From positions 576,001 to 640,000 of the forward strand of contig CAWDDT010000004.1 in NCBI GenBank assembly GCA_963801165.1: 64,000 nucleotides of DNA. Reading direction: 5' to 3'. The notes beneath the pieces were generated by a model that had not been told where the DNA came from, made no database searches, and saw only the letters and a list, made by a program, of their open reading frames with translations. The position numbers and the translations under genes were made by a program. Source of the DNA: an uncultured bacterium. GTDB lineage: Bacteria; Actinomycetota; Acidimicrobiia; Spongiisociales; UBA5794. Below, in pieces: positions 28,754 through 40,183 of this stretch (its first letter is position 1; each line of letters opens with the position of its first letter).

Positions 28754-29532
28754 ACCAGCAACCTCCTGCGGAAAAGACGGTCGGCAACTACCGCACCGAT
28801 CAACAAGAATGCCAGCATCACGCCGTAATTGATGAGCGGCGAGAAGCTCGTCGGTGTGCCGAGGGCAACCGAGCGGGTGACGTCAACCGAATGCCACAAC
28901 GGCGTGACGTAGGCGAGCGGCCGCATCCAACCAGGCAGCTGATCGATCGGGAAGAACGTCCCGGAGAACAGAAAGAGCGGTGTGACGACGAAGCGGAACA
29001 CGGACGACAGCCCGGATTCATTCTCCAGTCGAGCCGCGTATGCGGTGATCGGCCCTGCGAAGGCAAGCCCGCCCATCACCGCAGGGGGGATGACCAGAGG
29101 CGCGGTCTGCAGGCTGATAGTCCCGAACGCCACCATGACGCCCGTGAAGACGACCGCGGTGAACAAGATGCGCATGGTGACCCACGCGAAGTGGCCGATG
29201 ACGAGATCGCGGATCGAGAGCGGGGTGGCGAGCGCCGTCTGGTAGTACTTGTTCCACTTCATCCCTCCCATGACCGGGTACATGGACTCGCCAGCCGCCG
29301 TCATCATCGTGGCCGCTGCCAACAAGCCCGGAGCGAGCCAGGTGAGGTAGGTGTAGTCATGTGGCAGTTGAGCGCTTCCACCACCCTGGTCGACGAGACT
29401 GCCCAAACCGAGACCCATCGCCAGCAGGTACAAGATGGGGTTCAGGAACGTACTGATCACCGATCCGCGCCAGGTGCGGCGGTACACCCGGGCGTTGCGT
29501 TCCACAAAAAGGAGCGAACCGGGGGTAGCCAT
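28750..29532 (-). CDS. ABC-2 type permease (NodJ-like)
   Basis: YLTWLAPGLLA, PLFLFSGTFFP and PLWHSV motifs. Confidence 0.88.
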   Translation of the reverse strand: MATPGSLLFVERNARVYRRTWRGSVISTFLNPILYLLAMGLGLGSLVDQGGGSAQLPHDYTYLTWLAPGLLAAATMMTAAGESMYPVMGGMKWNKYYQTALATPLSIRDLVIGHFAWVTMRILFTAVVFTGVMVAFGTISLQTAPLVIPPAVMGGLAFAGPITAYAARLENESGLSSVFRFVVTPLFLFSGTFFPIDQLPGWMRPLAYVTPLWHSVDVTRSVALGTPTSFSPLINYGVMLAFLLIGAVVADRLFRRRLLV

Positions 29533-30455
29533 CAGTCGATCAGGCTCCTCCCGGTGAGCCGGAGGAAGACGTCCTCGAGCGTCGACCGGCGCACGATGGT
29601 GCTCTCGATGGACAGGGCTCGTTCGGTGAGGTTGACGAGCGTGGTGTCGGCGTTGTCTGTGTAGAGCAGGGTCCGGTCTGGGAGTGTTTCGATACGCTTC
29701 GCCAAACCGTCGAGTTCGTTCTCCACCGGCTGCTGACCCATCGGGAAACGCAGCTCAACAACGTCGCGCGTGGCGAAACGCTCGATGAGGCTGCGCGGCG
29801 ACCCCTCGGCGACGATCTTGCCGTTGTCCATGACGACGAGGCGATCGCAGAGCTGCTCTGCCTCGTCCATGTAGTGGGTGGTGATGATGAGGGTCACCCC
29901 TTGCTGTTTGAGCCGGTAGAGACGATCCCACAGGGCGTGGCGCGCTTGAGGGTCGAGACCGGTGGTGGGCTCGTCGAGCAGGATCAGATCCGGCTGGTTG
30001 ATCAGAGCCCTGGCGATGGTCAGCCGCCGCTTCATCCCGCCGGAGAGCGGCTCGACCAGATCGTCCTTCCTGTCCTCGAGGTGAGCGAACGCCAGGAGCT
30101 CCTCGATGCGCTTCTTGATGACCTGCTTGGGCAGGTCGAAGTACCGGCCGTAGATGTAGAGGTTCTCGAATACCGTTAGCTCGGTGTCGAGCAGGTTGTC
30201 CTGGGGAACGGAGCCAAGCCGTGCCCGGATCTCAGCACCGTCGTGTGCCGGGTCCATGCCGAAGACCGTCAGCGAACCCTCCGTGATGGGTGAGACGGCG
30301 CCGATCATCTTCATCGTCGAGCTCTTCCCGGCACCGTTCGGGCCGAGGAAGCCAAAGACCTCCCCGGGGCTCACCGCAAAGTCGACGTCGTCGACCGCAG
30401 TGAAATCGCCGAATCGCTTGGTGAGGCCGGTTGCCCGGACGAGAGGCTCAGTCAT
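29532..30455 (-). CDS. ABC exporter ATP-binding subunit (NodI-like)
   Basis: GPNGAGKS, LSGGMKRRL, LDEPTTGLDPQARH and TTHYMDEAE motifs. Confidence 0.92.
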   Translation of the reverse strand: MTEPLVRATGLTKRFGDFTAVDDVDFAVSPGEVFGFLGPNGAGKSSTMKMIGAVSPITEGSLTVFGMDPAHDGAEIRARLGSVPQDNLLDTELTVFENLYIYGRYFDLPKQVIKKRIEELLAFAHLEDRKDDLVEPLSGGMKRRLTIARALINQPDLILLDEPTTGLDPQARHALWDRLYRLKQQGVTLIITTHYMDEAEQLCDRLVVMDNGKIVAEGSPRSLIERFATRDVVELRFPMGQQPVENELDGLAKRIETLPDRTLLYTDNADTTLVNLTERALSIESTIVRRSTLEDVFLRLTGRSLID

Positions 30456-30509
30456 AGCCGATGCAAGTTATCACAGAGGTCCGTCAACAACGGCCTCGGC
30501 TTGCGGTCG

Positions 30510-31388
30510 TCAGAACACGATTCCGAGGGCGAGGAGAACACCTGCGACCATCTGCAGCCGGCTCGTACCCTTGAGAACGGCGATCAGTGGCGGTCCTGTT
30601 CGCTCTCGATACAGGTCACGCAATAGCGGCCAGCCGAGGGGAGTGGCCACGATGGTCAGGATCGCTCCGGTGGGCAGCCAGCCGGCAAGGACACCGATGG
30701 TCGGGGCCACCAGCCCCCCGGCTATGCAGAAACCGTACAGCCGGACTCCGGCGTTTCTGCCCAGCTTGACCGCCAGGGTCCGTTTCCCGGAAGCGGTATC
30801 GGTCTCGACGTCGCGTACGTTGTTGGCCAGCAGGATGGCGCTCGCTAGTAGCCCCATGGAGATCCCACACACCCAGGCACCCGCCTCGATGGTCCGGTCG
30901 AACACAAAGCGGGTTCCGACCGTTGCCACCAGCCCGAAGAACACGAACACGAACAGCTCGCCGAGACCGTAGTACCCGTAGGGAACCGGCCCGTTGGTGT
31001 AGCCGAGGGCTGCGGCGATCGACACTATGCCGATGACGAGGATCCACCACCCACCGAGATAGATGAGGTAGAGACCGGCTAGTGCGGCAGCACCAAACAC
31101 GAGGGTGATGCCGATCCACATCTGGCGGGGTGAGATCAAACCTGCCGCCACTGCCCGGGTGGGGCCGATGCGGTTCTCGTCGGTGCCTCTGGTTCCGTCG
31201 GCCACGTCGTTGGCGTAATTGACCCCAATTTGGATCATCACCGCCGAGAACATCGTCACCACGAACGCGTCCCAACGGAAGACGTCCGCCCGGACCGCAA
31301 GCGAGGTCCCCACAAGAACAGGCGCCACAATGGCGAACAACGTCGGGGGGCGGGCGGCCAGGATCCAGGAGCGCAGCGGGGGAGTCAT
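30510..31388 (-). CDS. menA: 1,4-dihydroxy-2-naphthoate polyprenyltransferase
   Basis: ARPPTL, NYANDVADG, YTNGP.PYGY.GLGE and NNVRD.ETD..SGKRTL motifs. Confidence 0.92.
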   Translation of the reverse strand: MTPPLRSWILAARPPTLFAIVAPVLVGTSLAVRADVFRWDAFVVTMFSAVMIQIGVNYANDVADGTRGTDENRIGPTRAVAAGLISPRQMWIGITLVFGAAALAGLYLIYLGGWWILVIGIVSIAAALGYTNGPVPYGYYGLGELFVFVFFGLVATVGTRFVFDRTIEAGAWVCGISMGLLASAILLANNVRDVETDTASGKRTLAVKLGRNAGVRLYGFCIAGGLVAPTIGVLAGWLPTGAILTIVATPLGWPLLRDLYRERTGPPLIAVLKGTSRLQMVAGVLLALGIVF

Positions 31389-31395
31389 GTCCGTC

Positions 31396-32286
<891 letters not shown>

Positions 32287-32329
32287 GTAACCTCCGTTGT
32301 GTAGCCGAGCCGATACTGTAGTGACCACC

Positions 32330-33643
32330 ATGGCGGACACCCCTCCCGACCTCGACTGGCTGGCGCTCGCCGCCGCAGCCACACCCCGGGCGACGGCGCT
32401 CGTGGACGACGACGGCGTCCACGTGTCCTATGCCGATCTCGACGCGCTGGTCGGGGCTGCTTGTGACCGCCTTTCGGGCTCGGGAGCCGCTCCGGGGTCT
32501 ATCCGTCTGATCGCCGTCGATCGGGTTGATCGCCACCTGATGGCCGAATTGTGGGCGTCGTGGCGGCTCGGGATAGTGCCGTTGGTTATCGACCGGGACT
32601 CGCCGGTTCTGTCCCAGTCGCCGGCATTGGTGGACGGATGGTTGGGTGCGCCCGCACCGGAGGTGCACACCATCGTGCTCACCTCGGGCAGCGGCGGTGC
32701 CCCGCGGCCGGTCCGAATAACCCGATCCAACGTGGTAGCAGCGGTGGCCGCGGCCATCGAGCGCCTCGGGAACACAGCCGACGACCGGTGGCTGTTGACC
32801 CTACCGGTGTTCCACATCGGCGGGTTGTCCGTGCTGTGGCGCTCGGCGGCCGTCGGCGGGACGGTCGTGCTTCACAACCGGTTCGATGCGGCAAGGGCGG
32901 CAGCCGCTATCACGGAAGGTGCGGTCACCGTCGCCAGCTTCGTGCCGACGATGCTCTTTCGCTTGCTCGAGTTCGATCCGGGTCCTTACGAAGGGATGAG
33001 GGCCGTCCTGTTGGGTGGGGCGGCGGCAAATCGGGAGCTCGTGGAGCGAGGCCTGGATGCCGGCCTACCCATCTTGCAGACCTACGGGATGACCGAGACG
33101 TGCTCGCAGGTCGCAACCGTGGTTCCCGGCGAAGCGGCTGAATCGCTCGGCTCGGCGGGGCGTCCCCTCTCCGGGGTCACCATCACCACCGGGGAGGCGG
33201 GCGTCGGCGAGATCGTGGTGACCGGCCCTTCCGTGTCGCCCGGCTACCTGGGCGAGCCCGACCGCACAGGTGGCTACCAGACCGGCGACGTCGGATACCT
33301 CGATGACAACGGGCGCCTTGTGGTTCTGGGACGGATCGACGACATGATCGTCACGGGCGGTGAGAACGTCTATCCGCAGCGCGTGTCCGAAGTGCTCAGC
33401 GGATTTCGTCATGCCGGCCCGGTCGAAGTCGTGGCCGTCCCCGACCCGGAATGGGGCCGGGTACTCGTTGCCGTCGTGGTAGGCGACCCGACCTCCTCGA
33501 CCGCACTCGAGGACTGGGCCGGAGAACGGCTTCCCCGCCACGAGATCCCAAAACGCTGGATCTTCGTTGACGAGCTGCCGATGCTTTCGGGTGGCAAGGT
33601 GGACAGGATCGCGCTTGCCGCTCTAGCGAGGAGCGCCAATTGA
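32330..33643 (+). CDS. menE: o-succinylbenzoate-CoA ligase (AMP-binding)
   Basis: TSGSGG, LPVFHIGG, TYGMTET, TGD.G, GGENVYP and GKVDR motifs. Divergent from menB. Confidence 0.85.
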   Translation: MADTPPDLDWLALAAAATPRATALVDDDGVHVSYADLDALVGAACDRLSGSGAAPGSIRLIAVDRVDRHLMAELWASWRLGIVPLVIDRDSPVLSQSPALVDGWLGAPAPEVHTIVLTSGSGGAPRPVRITRSNVVAAVAAAIERLGNTADDRWLLTLPVFHIGGLSVLWRSAAVGGTVVLHNRFDAARAAAAITEGAVTVASFVPTMLFRLLEFDPGPYEGMRAVLLGGAAANRELVERGLDAGLPILQTYGMTETCSQVATVVPGEAAESLGSAGRPLSGVTITTGEAGVGEIVVTGPSVSPGYLGEPDRTGGYQTGDVGYLDDNGRLVVLGRIDDMIVTGGENVYPQRVSEVLSGFRHAGPVEVVAVPDPEWGRVLVAVVVGDPTSSTALEDWAGERLPRHEIPKRWIFVDELPMLSGGKVDRIALAALARSAN

Positions 33644-34365
33644 GATGGACAACGGGCGACGCGGTAGTTCGCCGAGAGATCCTCGGCGGCACCCCCTGGC
33701 TCGGATGGATGGTCAACGTAGTCGAGGACTCGCCGGATCTCCTGGCGACATACTCACCGTCCGGCTCCCCGTTCTCCTTTCCTCCCGGTGACTGGCCCAC
33801 GCAGGATGGGCGTCATCCATGGCACGGCTACGGCGGCTGGCGTGGCACGGGCACCCTGATGCTGCAGCGCCCCGCCGACTGCTACGCGGTCTGGTTCTTC
33901 TGGGACGGTCCCGACCGGGAGTTCCGGGGCTGGTACATCAACCTGGAGTCTCCGTTCACGCGTACCGAGATCGGTTTTGACACACTCGATCTCGAGCTGG
34001 ACATCGTTGTCGCTCCGGACCGCTCCTGGGAGATGAAGGACGTCGATCTCCTGTGGCGGCGCCGCGACGAGGGCAGATTCACCACGAGTGAGGTGCAAGC
34101 GATCCTCGATCTCGGAGACCAGATCGGGCGGATGCTCGACTCTGGAAACTGGTGGTGGGACGATTCGTGGGTGGAGTGGCAGCCCGATCCGAACTGGACG
34201 GTGCCTGTGATCCCCGACGGCTGGGAGCGTGTCGAGACACCGATGCTGACAACGCGTGTCGCCAATGCGTCGCGTTCTCTAACGCGGCCGGCGTCGCAAA
34301 GGACCACGTCGCACCGGCTGCGGCATCTTGCTCCAGATCGGCACTCCGGCGCACAACGCCCGTGA
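33640..34365 (+). CDS. DUF402 family protein
   Basis: YAVWFFW, GWYINLE.P and DTLDLELDIVV.PD motifs. Confidence 0.8.
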   Translation: MRWTTGDAVVRREILGGTPWLGWMVNVVEDSPDLLATYSPSGSPFSFPPGDWPTQDGRHPWHGYGGWRGTGTLMLQRPADCYAVWFFWDGPDREFRGWYINLESPFTRTEIGFDTLDLELDIVVAPDRSWEMKDVDLLWRRRDEGRFTTSEVQAILDLGDQIGRMLDSGNWWWDDSWVEWQPDPNWTVPVIPDGWERVETPMLTTRVANASRSLTRPASQRTTSHRLRHLAPDRHSGAQRP

Positions 34366-34377
34366 CCTACCGGGCGG

Positions 34378-36354
34378 TTACTCGGCGAGACCCAGTTCTT
34401 CCAGGAAAGCAGCCGGGGACGGTTCCCGGCCCAGGAACGCACGCAGGTGCTCGATAGCGTCGCGTGAATAGCCTCGAGCGAGGACCTCGTCCCGGTAACG
34501 CCTGCCCACCTCGGGGCTCAGGATGCCCTCTGTGGCGAACACCGAGAACATGTCGTCTCCGTATACCTTGGACCACAGATACCCGTAGTAGCCGGCGTCG
34601 TAGCCTCCCATCAGGTGACCAAAGCTGGCGCCAAAATGCGTGTCCTCGTAGAAGTCGAAGCCGGTCAGCTTGTATGCCTCGCGATAGGCGGCATCGACGT
34701 CGACCGGGCCGGGCGCCGCATGGAGGTTCAGATCGAACTGTCCCAGGAAGATCTGGCGCATCGTGAACAAGCCGATGTTGAGGTCACGGGCGGCGACGAG
34801 TCGCTCCACGAGATCGTCGGGGATCGGCTCATCGGTCTTGTAGTGTCTGGCGAAGCGTTGCAGCACCTCCGGCTGCCACATCCAGTGCTCCATAATCTGC
34901 GACGGCGCCTCCACGAAGTCCCATTCCGTGTCGTAACCGGCGAACCGTCGCAGCTCCACCGTCGTCAGACAGAAATGGAGAACGTGGCCGAACTCATGAA
35001 AGAGGGTGAGCGCCTCGTCGTGTTTGAGCAGAGACGGCGATGTCGCAGTCGGCTTCGTGAGGTTGGCGACGATGACGGCAACCGGCTTCTCGTAGGTACC
35101 GTCGTCACGCATTCTCCCGGTGACAACGGGGAACGCGGCCGCGTGGCCGAACTTGCCTTCCCGTGGAAACAGATCCGCATAGAAATAAGCGATGGGCGCG
35201 TCGGCGGCACGGTCTCTGATCTCATAGAGATAGACGTCCGGGTGCCAGGCGTTGACGTCCTCGACCCGGCGATAGTCGAGACCGAAGACGTCGCCGGTGA
35301 TCTCGAACATGCCGTCGACAACTTGGTCCAGCGGGAAGTATTCGGCAACCTCGTTCTGATCGATCCCGTAGTCGCGTTTCCGGAGTTGGGTGGTGTAGTA
35401 GCCGCTGTCCCACGATTGCAGGACGTCGCCGCCCCACTCGGCGGCGACCATGTCGGTGTCACCTCGCAGCATCCCGGTCATCGCTGCGATGTTCTGGTCG
35501 CGTTTTTCGATCAGCTTGGGAACGATGGATGCATAGAAGTCGTCGACCGTCTCCGGATTCCTGGCCATCTTGACTTCCATGGCGTGGTGCGCCCACGTCG
35601 GCACTCCGAACAACTTCGCCATCCTGGCTCGGAGCTCGACGGCCTCGGCGAGGAGGGGGTTGTTGGCCTCTGCGGCGCGGTTCCAGAACTTGAATTGGAG
35701 AGCTTTGCGGAGGTCGCGGCGCTCCGCCTGCTCGACGAACGGGATGTAGTCGGGGTACGACATTCCCACCTTGAGCGTGCCCGGCTTGGAGCCCTCGCTG
35801 AGCCCGTCTATGTATTCCTCGGGGAGACCGACCAGATCGTCCCGGGTCATCTCGATGGAGTCCTCCCACTCGTCGAGGTTCTTGGAGAATGCCACCTGTA
35901 ATTCAATGAGACGCTGCAGGAGACGTTGCAGTTCCGCCCTGTCCTCCTCCGACAATTCGTGGCCGGCGTGGCGGAAGTCGCGCATCCAGTGATCGACAAG
36001 CCGTGCCCTGATCCCGGTGAGAGCAGCCGCTTCCTCCGTCTCGCTGTACTCGCGAACCGCCTTGTAGAGATCAGATCGGAAGATCAGATCGGTTCCCCAC
36101 TTGGTGAGACGCTCGCCCACCTCGGTCGCCTTGTCGCGTATGGCGCGATCCGGGTGGACTCGCGCCATGAAGGGCGAGCGACCGTATGCATCGCCCAGGA
36201 TGGTGCCGGCCTCCTCGAGCGGGACGATGGTGTTGTCCCACGTCCTCGGGGTGGAGGCGATCGCGGTGGTGACCAAAGCCTCGGCACGGTTGATGGCGTC
36301 CTCGCCGATCGTTTCGACGAGCTCGGGGCTGGTTGCGGTGTAGTCGTACAGCAT
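34378..36354 (-). CDS. M3 family oligopeptidase (thimet oligopeptidase-like)
   Basis: PREGKFGHAA, FHEFGHVLH, DFVEAPSQ and FGHL.GGYDAGYYGYLWS motifs. Confidence 0.93.
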   Translation of the reverse strand: MLYDYTATSPELVETIGEDAINRAEALVTTAIASTPRTWDNTIVPLEEAGTILGDAYGRSPFMARVHPDRAIRDKATEVGERLTKWGTDLIFRSDLYKAVREYSETEEAAALTGIRARLVDHWMRDFRHAGHELSEEDRAELQRLLQRLIELQVAFSKNLDEWEDSIEMTRDDLVGLPEEYIDGLSEGSKPGTLKVGMSYPDYIPFVEQAERRDLRKALQFKFWNRAAEANNPLLAEAVELRARMAKLFGVPTWAHHAMEVKMARNPETVDDFYASIVPKLIEKRDQNIAAMTGMLRGDTDMVAAEWGGDVLQSWDSGYYTTQLRKRDYGIDQNEVAEYFPLDQVVDGMFEITGDVFGLDYRRVEDVNAWHPDVYLYEIRDRAADAPIAYFYADLFPREGKFGHAAAFPVVTGRMRDDGTYEKPVAVIVANLTKPTATSPSLLKHDEALTLFHEFGHVLHFCLTTVELRRFAGYDTEWDFVEAPSQIMEHWMWQPEVLQRFARHYKTDEPIPDDLVERLVAARDLNIGLFTMRQIFLGQFDLNLHAAPGPVDVDAAYREAYKLTGFDFYEDTHFGASFGHLMGGYDAGYYGYLWSKVYGDDMFSVFATEGILSPEVGRRYRDEVLARGYSRDAIEHLRAFLGREPSPAAFLEELGLAE

Positions 36355-36382
36355 GGCGGCAAGGCTACTCGCCCGCCGGGTG

Positions 36383-37327
36383 TCAGGCCGCGGGTGCCAA
36401 CTCCACGACGATCGGTCGATGCTCGACCCCCAGGATCGGTCCGAGATAGCGATCCACCGTGGTCAGGTCGGCCGAATGAACGAGATGGTCGTAGGGCAGA
36501 CGGAAGAACGTCCACCGGTCGGCAGGCCAGGTCGTCTGGATCCCGTACCCCGTCAGAGAATCCACCAGGTTCCCGTCGGCGAGCAAGGCATGGAATGAGT
36601 GCGACCAGGAGGTCGATTCGAAATCGCCGACAACGACCGTTGACACCGTCTCCTGTTTGGCGAGCCTGGCGACCTCGCTGAAGTACTCGTCGTGAAGCGC
36701 CGCGTCTCTCTCGTTGCTTGCCGCTGGCGATTGCACCGCGTAGATGACGACGGGGCGATCGCCGATCGACGCCTCGATCCGGGCAACGACGTCCTTCACC
36801 GGGGTGACCCGAAAGACCTCAACATCGAGATCCTCTCGCGCCAGGATGGCAATGCCGAATGTGCGGTCGACCGGGAGATCGTTGAGGAACCGGTAGGGGG
36901 CAGCCATCTCCGTAGCATCATGGACCCAATCATCCGTCACGTTTGTCAATACGACCACGTCGGGATCCACCGTATCGATCCAACGGAAGGTGACGTCCCG
37001 TATAGACGCCCGCTGGTCGACGTTGAAGCTGATAATCGTAAATGTGTCGCCGTTGGCCGCAGGAGCCGGATTACCCAGATAGAGAGGAAGGATCACGAGC
37101 GCGTTGACGGCGGCCATGATCATGAAGAAGAGACCCGTCGCCTTGGAGAACATGAGCGAGTAGGCCAGCGCAACCAACAGCAGCACTACGGCCAGATGAG
37201 CACGGAAATTGGCGACGTAGTCAAACAACCACCATGTGGAGCCGAAGAACCCGAGGAGCGTTGCTATCGAGCCGACGACACCTATGGCGACGAGGGCGAA
37301 TCCGAGGAATCCCTGGCCGACGGCCAT
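36383..37327 (-). CDS. Membrane-anchored endonuclease/exonuclease/phosphatase (EEP) family protein, degenerate active site
   Basis: Three TM segments, then SFNV, DPDVVVL, VVGDFEST, TWP, YDH and VEHRPI. The usual GDFN and SDH motifs are altered. Confidence 0.7.
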   Translation of the reverse strand: MAVGQGFLGFALVAIGVVGSIATLLGFFGSTWWLFDYVANFRAHLAVVLLLVALAYSLMFSKATGLFFMIMAAVNALVILPLYLGNPAPAANGDTFTIISFNVDQRASIRDVTFRWIDTVDPDVVVLTNVTDDWVHDATEMAAPYRFLNDLPVDRTFGIAILAREDLDVEVFRVTPVKDVVARIEASIGDRPVVIYAVQSPAASNERDAALHDEYFSEVARLAKQETVSTVVVGDFESTSWSHSFHALLADGNLVDSLTGYGIQTTWPADRWTFFRLPYDHLVHSADLTTVDRYLGPILGVEHRPIVVELAPAA

Positions 37328-37356
37328 ACCTGCAGAAGTCCTCGATTTGGTAGCCA

Positions 37357-38889
37357 CTAGTTCGCTCCCAGCGCATAGAAGAAGCCGTCGCGCGATCCGA
37401 CGTACATCGTCCCGTTCCACACTCCGGGGGTGGACTCGATGCAACCGCCGGTGACCCGGGATTCCCAAATCTGTTCAGGCTGATAGGGATTGGAAATGTC
37501 GTAGGCACGGAACCCTGAATCCAGGTCGCAATCCACGGCCACGACCAGAGTGTCGTCGACAATGACGGGGGACGACCAGGCGTGGAGGCCGATGTTGTCG
37601 CTCCACACAACGGTGCCGTCTGTCGTGTCGACCGCCAGCAGGTCGCCGGTGTTGGTTGCCGCGTACAACACACCGTTGCCAAGCGCGGGTGTGGCCCAGA
37701 TGCCACCAGCGACACCGCCCACCGACGGTACGGCGACGCTCCACACGAGCGGGTCGGCGAGGTCGGGATCTAGCTTGACTAGCTGCCCCACCTCGGCGCC
37801 GCGAGCGGTGGTGAGGTCGATCTCGCTTGCGACGTACAGCTTCCCCTCGGCATCGATCACGATCGTGGCGTCGACGTCATCACCCATCCAATAGTCAAAA
37901 ACCAGCCGGTCCCGGTTCCAGTCTCCCTCGGAGATGTCGAAACCGACGACCCGGCCCGCGCTGTTGGCCACATATGCCGTGTCGCCGAAGACGGCCGTCG
38001 ACGTCTCGACCGATTGCTGGCGCCCGACGGCCCGCAAGAGCTCGTCGGTCCACATCGGTGTCTGGTAGAGGATCTGAGGTTGGACTGTCACCAGTCCTGT
38101 TTCGTCTCGTTCGCGGTTGAGCTTTACCGCAAACCACCAGGAGTTTTCACCGCCCTCGAGGAGCATGTCGTTCAAGATCACGGCGCTGGAGTCCCAATCG
38201 TTGTTCCACATGCCGGCTACGGCGGCTGCATCCAGGCTCCACAGCTCGACCGGGGTCTCCCGATCCAGAGCGATTATCCGGTAGCGGGGATCGCGTGAGC
38301 CGGCGTAGAGCAGCGGGTAGCCGTCCGGATCGAGCACCACCGAGCCCTTGATGATGTCGCCCATGTAGAAGTCGGGTCTGGTCCGCTCCCCGGTGGCGGC
38401 GTCGAGAAAATGGATGTTCTTGTCATACCCGCCGAAGATCACCTCGGTCACGCCGTCGGGGCGCTCCCAAATGACCGGTTCGCCCGTCCACCCGGTGCCG
38501 CACCACACCTTCGGCTGGCCGCCGACCGGCGAGTTGCCGCACATCGGTTCATCGGGAAAGCGCCACAGCACCTCGAGCCCGTCGGGGAGCGGTCCGGTGC
38601 CGTAGAAGGTGCGGGTCGGGTTGCCGCGGAACATGGTCAGCCCGGTGACTTGACCCCAGGGATGCCCGACGACGCTCGGCGGAACAAGTCCGGGGGCGAT
38701 CGTGGTGGTGGTGGTCGTGGTTGTCGTGGTTGACGTCGTCGTCGCGGGCGCCGTGCTGGTGGTGGGCACGGTGGCATCCGGGAGCGGTGTCAGCGCCGCG
38801 ACCGTAGTTGTCGTAGGCGCCGGCGAAGAGCCCGGGGAACAGGCGGCCAGTGCCAGGGCTACGAGCAGAGCGGTGATCGTGCGACGCAT
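37357..38889 (-). CDS. PQQ-like beta-propeller lipoprotein
   Basis: LAAC lipobox, Thr-rich linker, MFRGNPTR, repeated W/TP..SP blade motifs and YVGSRDG. Confidence 0.8.
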   Translation of the reverse strand: MRRTITALLVALALAACSPGSSPAPTTTTVAALTPLPDATVPTTSTAPATTTSTTTTTTTTTTIAPGLVPPSVVGHPWGQVTGLTMFRGNPTRTFYGTGPLPDGLEVLWRFPDEPMCGNSPVGGQPKVWCGTGWTGEPVIWERPDGVTEVIFGGYDKNIHFLDAATGERTRPDFYMGDIIKGSVVLDPDGYPLLYAGSRDPRYRIIALDRETPVELWSLDAAAVAGMWNNDWDSSAVILNDMLLEGGENSWWFAVKLNRERDETGLVTVQPQILYQTPMWTDELLRAVGRQQSVETSTAVFGDTAYVANSAGRVVGFDISEGDWNRDRLVFDYWMGDDVDATIVIDAEGKLYVASEIDLTTARGAEVGQLVKLDPDLADPLVWSVAVPSVGGVAGGIWATPALGNGVLYAATNTGDLLAVDTTDGTVVWSDNIGLHAWSSPVIVDDTLVVAVDCDLDSGFRAYDISNPYQPEQIWESRVTGGCIESTPGVWNGTMYVGSRDGFFYALGAN

Positions 38890-38963
38890 CGAGAAATCAT
38901 AGGAACCACCTGTGTGATAGCACGGGCATCCGCGGCCGGAGCATCCGGTCTACCCTGCGCCCG

Positions 38964-40085
38964 ATGGCAATCAGCAACACCTACCTGAGCGAGTTCTCCG
39001 AGCCCGTCGGGTACCTCGACTTTGCGGCCGTGGGACCACCATCGCGCCGGGTTCGCAACGCGGTGGCTGAAGCGTATGCCCGCGTTTCCGAGCCGGAGGG
39101 CCGCGTCGGGCCGGTCATGCTCGGTAGGTACGAGATCGCGTTGGCGATGTTCGGCAGGTTTCTCGGGGCCGCACCGGAGCTGGTCACCACAGTGCCGAAC
39201 ACCTCGACTGCTCTGTTCCACGTGGCGTTTGGTCTTGCTCCCTTTGGCGGCAACATCGTCGTGCCCGCACACGAGTTTCCCGCCAACCTCTATCCCTGGT
39301 TGCGTGCCGCCGGCATGGGCGGGCCTGAGGTGCGGATGATCGAGATACCGGACCGGCGGGTGACTGCGGGAGCGCTCAGCGTGGGGGTCGACGACGAGAC
39401 GCGAGCGATCGCAGTCAGCGCTGTCGACTTCCTATCCGGTTTCCGTCCCGATCTGGCGTCGTTGCGCGAGCTCGCCGACGATGCGCTCTTAGTGGTCGAC
39501 GCCGCACAGGGGCTCGGCGGTGTCGAACTGGCTTTGAGCGCAGCCGACGTTGTCGCGGCAACAGGTTTGAAGTGGCTGCGGGCGGGTTTCGGGACCGGAG
39601 TGATGGCCGTATCGTCGCGATCCATCGAGATGCTGCACTCGACCCTCACCGGCTGGTGGGGGGCTGAGGACTCCTTCGACTGGGATGTGCGGCCGCCGCA
39701 CCCGGCGCGGGGCGACGCAGAACGATTCCACGATGGCGGTCCCTCGTTCCTCGCCGCCTCTGCTCTGGCGGCCGCACTCGAGCTGATCGAGGGAGAGGGG
39801 ATGCCGGCCATCTCCACTGCAGTCATGGAGAACATCAAGGCAATCGAGGACATCGTGCGTAGCGCTGGTGGTGAGGTGCTCGATCCGTGGGATGACGACG
39901 ACGAGCGTTCCGGGATCCTGTCTTTCAGGCTCCCGACGGAGCCGAGCTCGGTGACCGCACAGCGGCTCGACGACGCCGAGATAGTCGTCTCGCCACGAGG
40001 CGACTGGGTGCGGGTTGCCCCTCACGCCACGACCGATCCCGCTGTGTTTGACGTGCTCGCCGAGGTCCTCGACATCGAGCCTTGA
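38964..40085 (+). CDS. Class V PLP enzyme (cysteine/cystine lyase-like)
   Basis: YLDFAAVGP, EFPAN, DAAQG, GLKWL and RVAPH motifs. Confidence 0.85.
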   Translation: MAISNTYLSEFSEPVGYLDFAAVGPPSRRVRNAVAEAYARVSEPEGRVGPVMLGRYEIALAMFGRFLGAAPELVTTVPNTSTALFHVAFGLAPFGGNIVVPAHEFPANLYPWLRAAGMGGPEVRMIEIPDRRVTAGALSVGVDDETRAIAVSAVDFLSGFRPDLASLRELADDALLVVDAAQGLGGVELALSAADVVAATGLKWLRAGFGTGVMAVSSRSIEMLHSTLTGWWGAEDSFDWDVRPPHPARGDAERFHDGGPSFLAASALAAALELIEGEGMPAISTAVMENIKAIEDIVRSAGGEVLDPWDDDDERSGILSFRLPTEPSSVTAQRLDDAEIVVSPRGDWVRVAPHATTDPAVFDVLAEVLDIEP

Positions 40086-40183
40086 GACGACGATACGAAC
40101 GCTCCGGTCTCGCAACGCCGGTGAACGCGGTCAGGGGTGCCGGTCGGGGCACTAGGCTCCGCGGATCGAGTTCGGGAGGATTC

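Noticed and set aside
27947-30455. Nodulation genes nodIJ
   Set aside because: A generic actinobacterial ABC-2 exporter; no nodABC present.
34615-35901. Long alternative ORFs (also 6978..8204, 40022..41380, 50243..51466)
   Set aside because: Antisense shadows of well-supported genes, expected at high GC.
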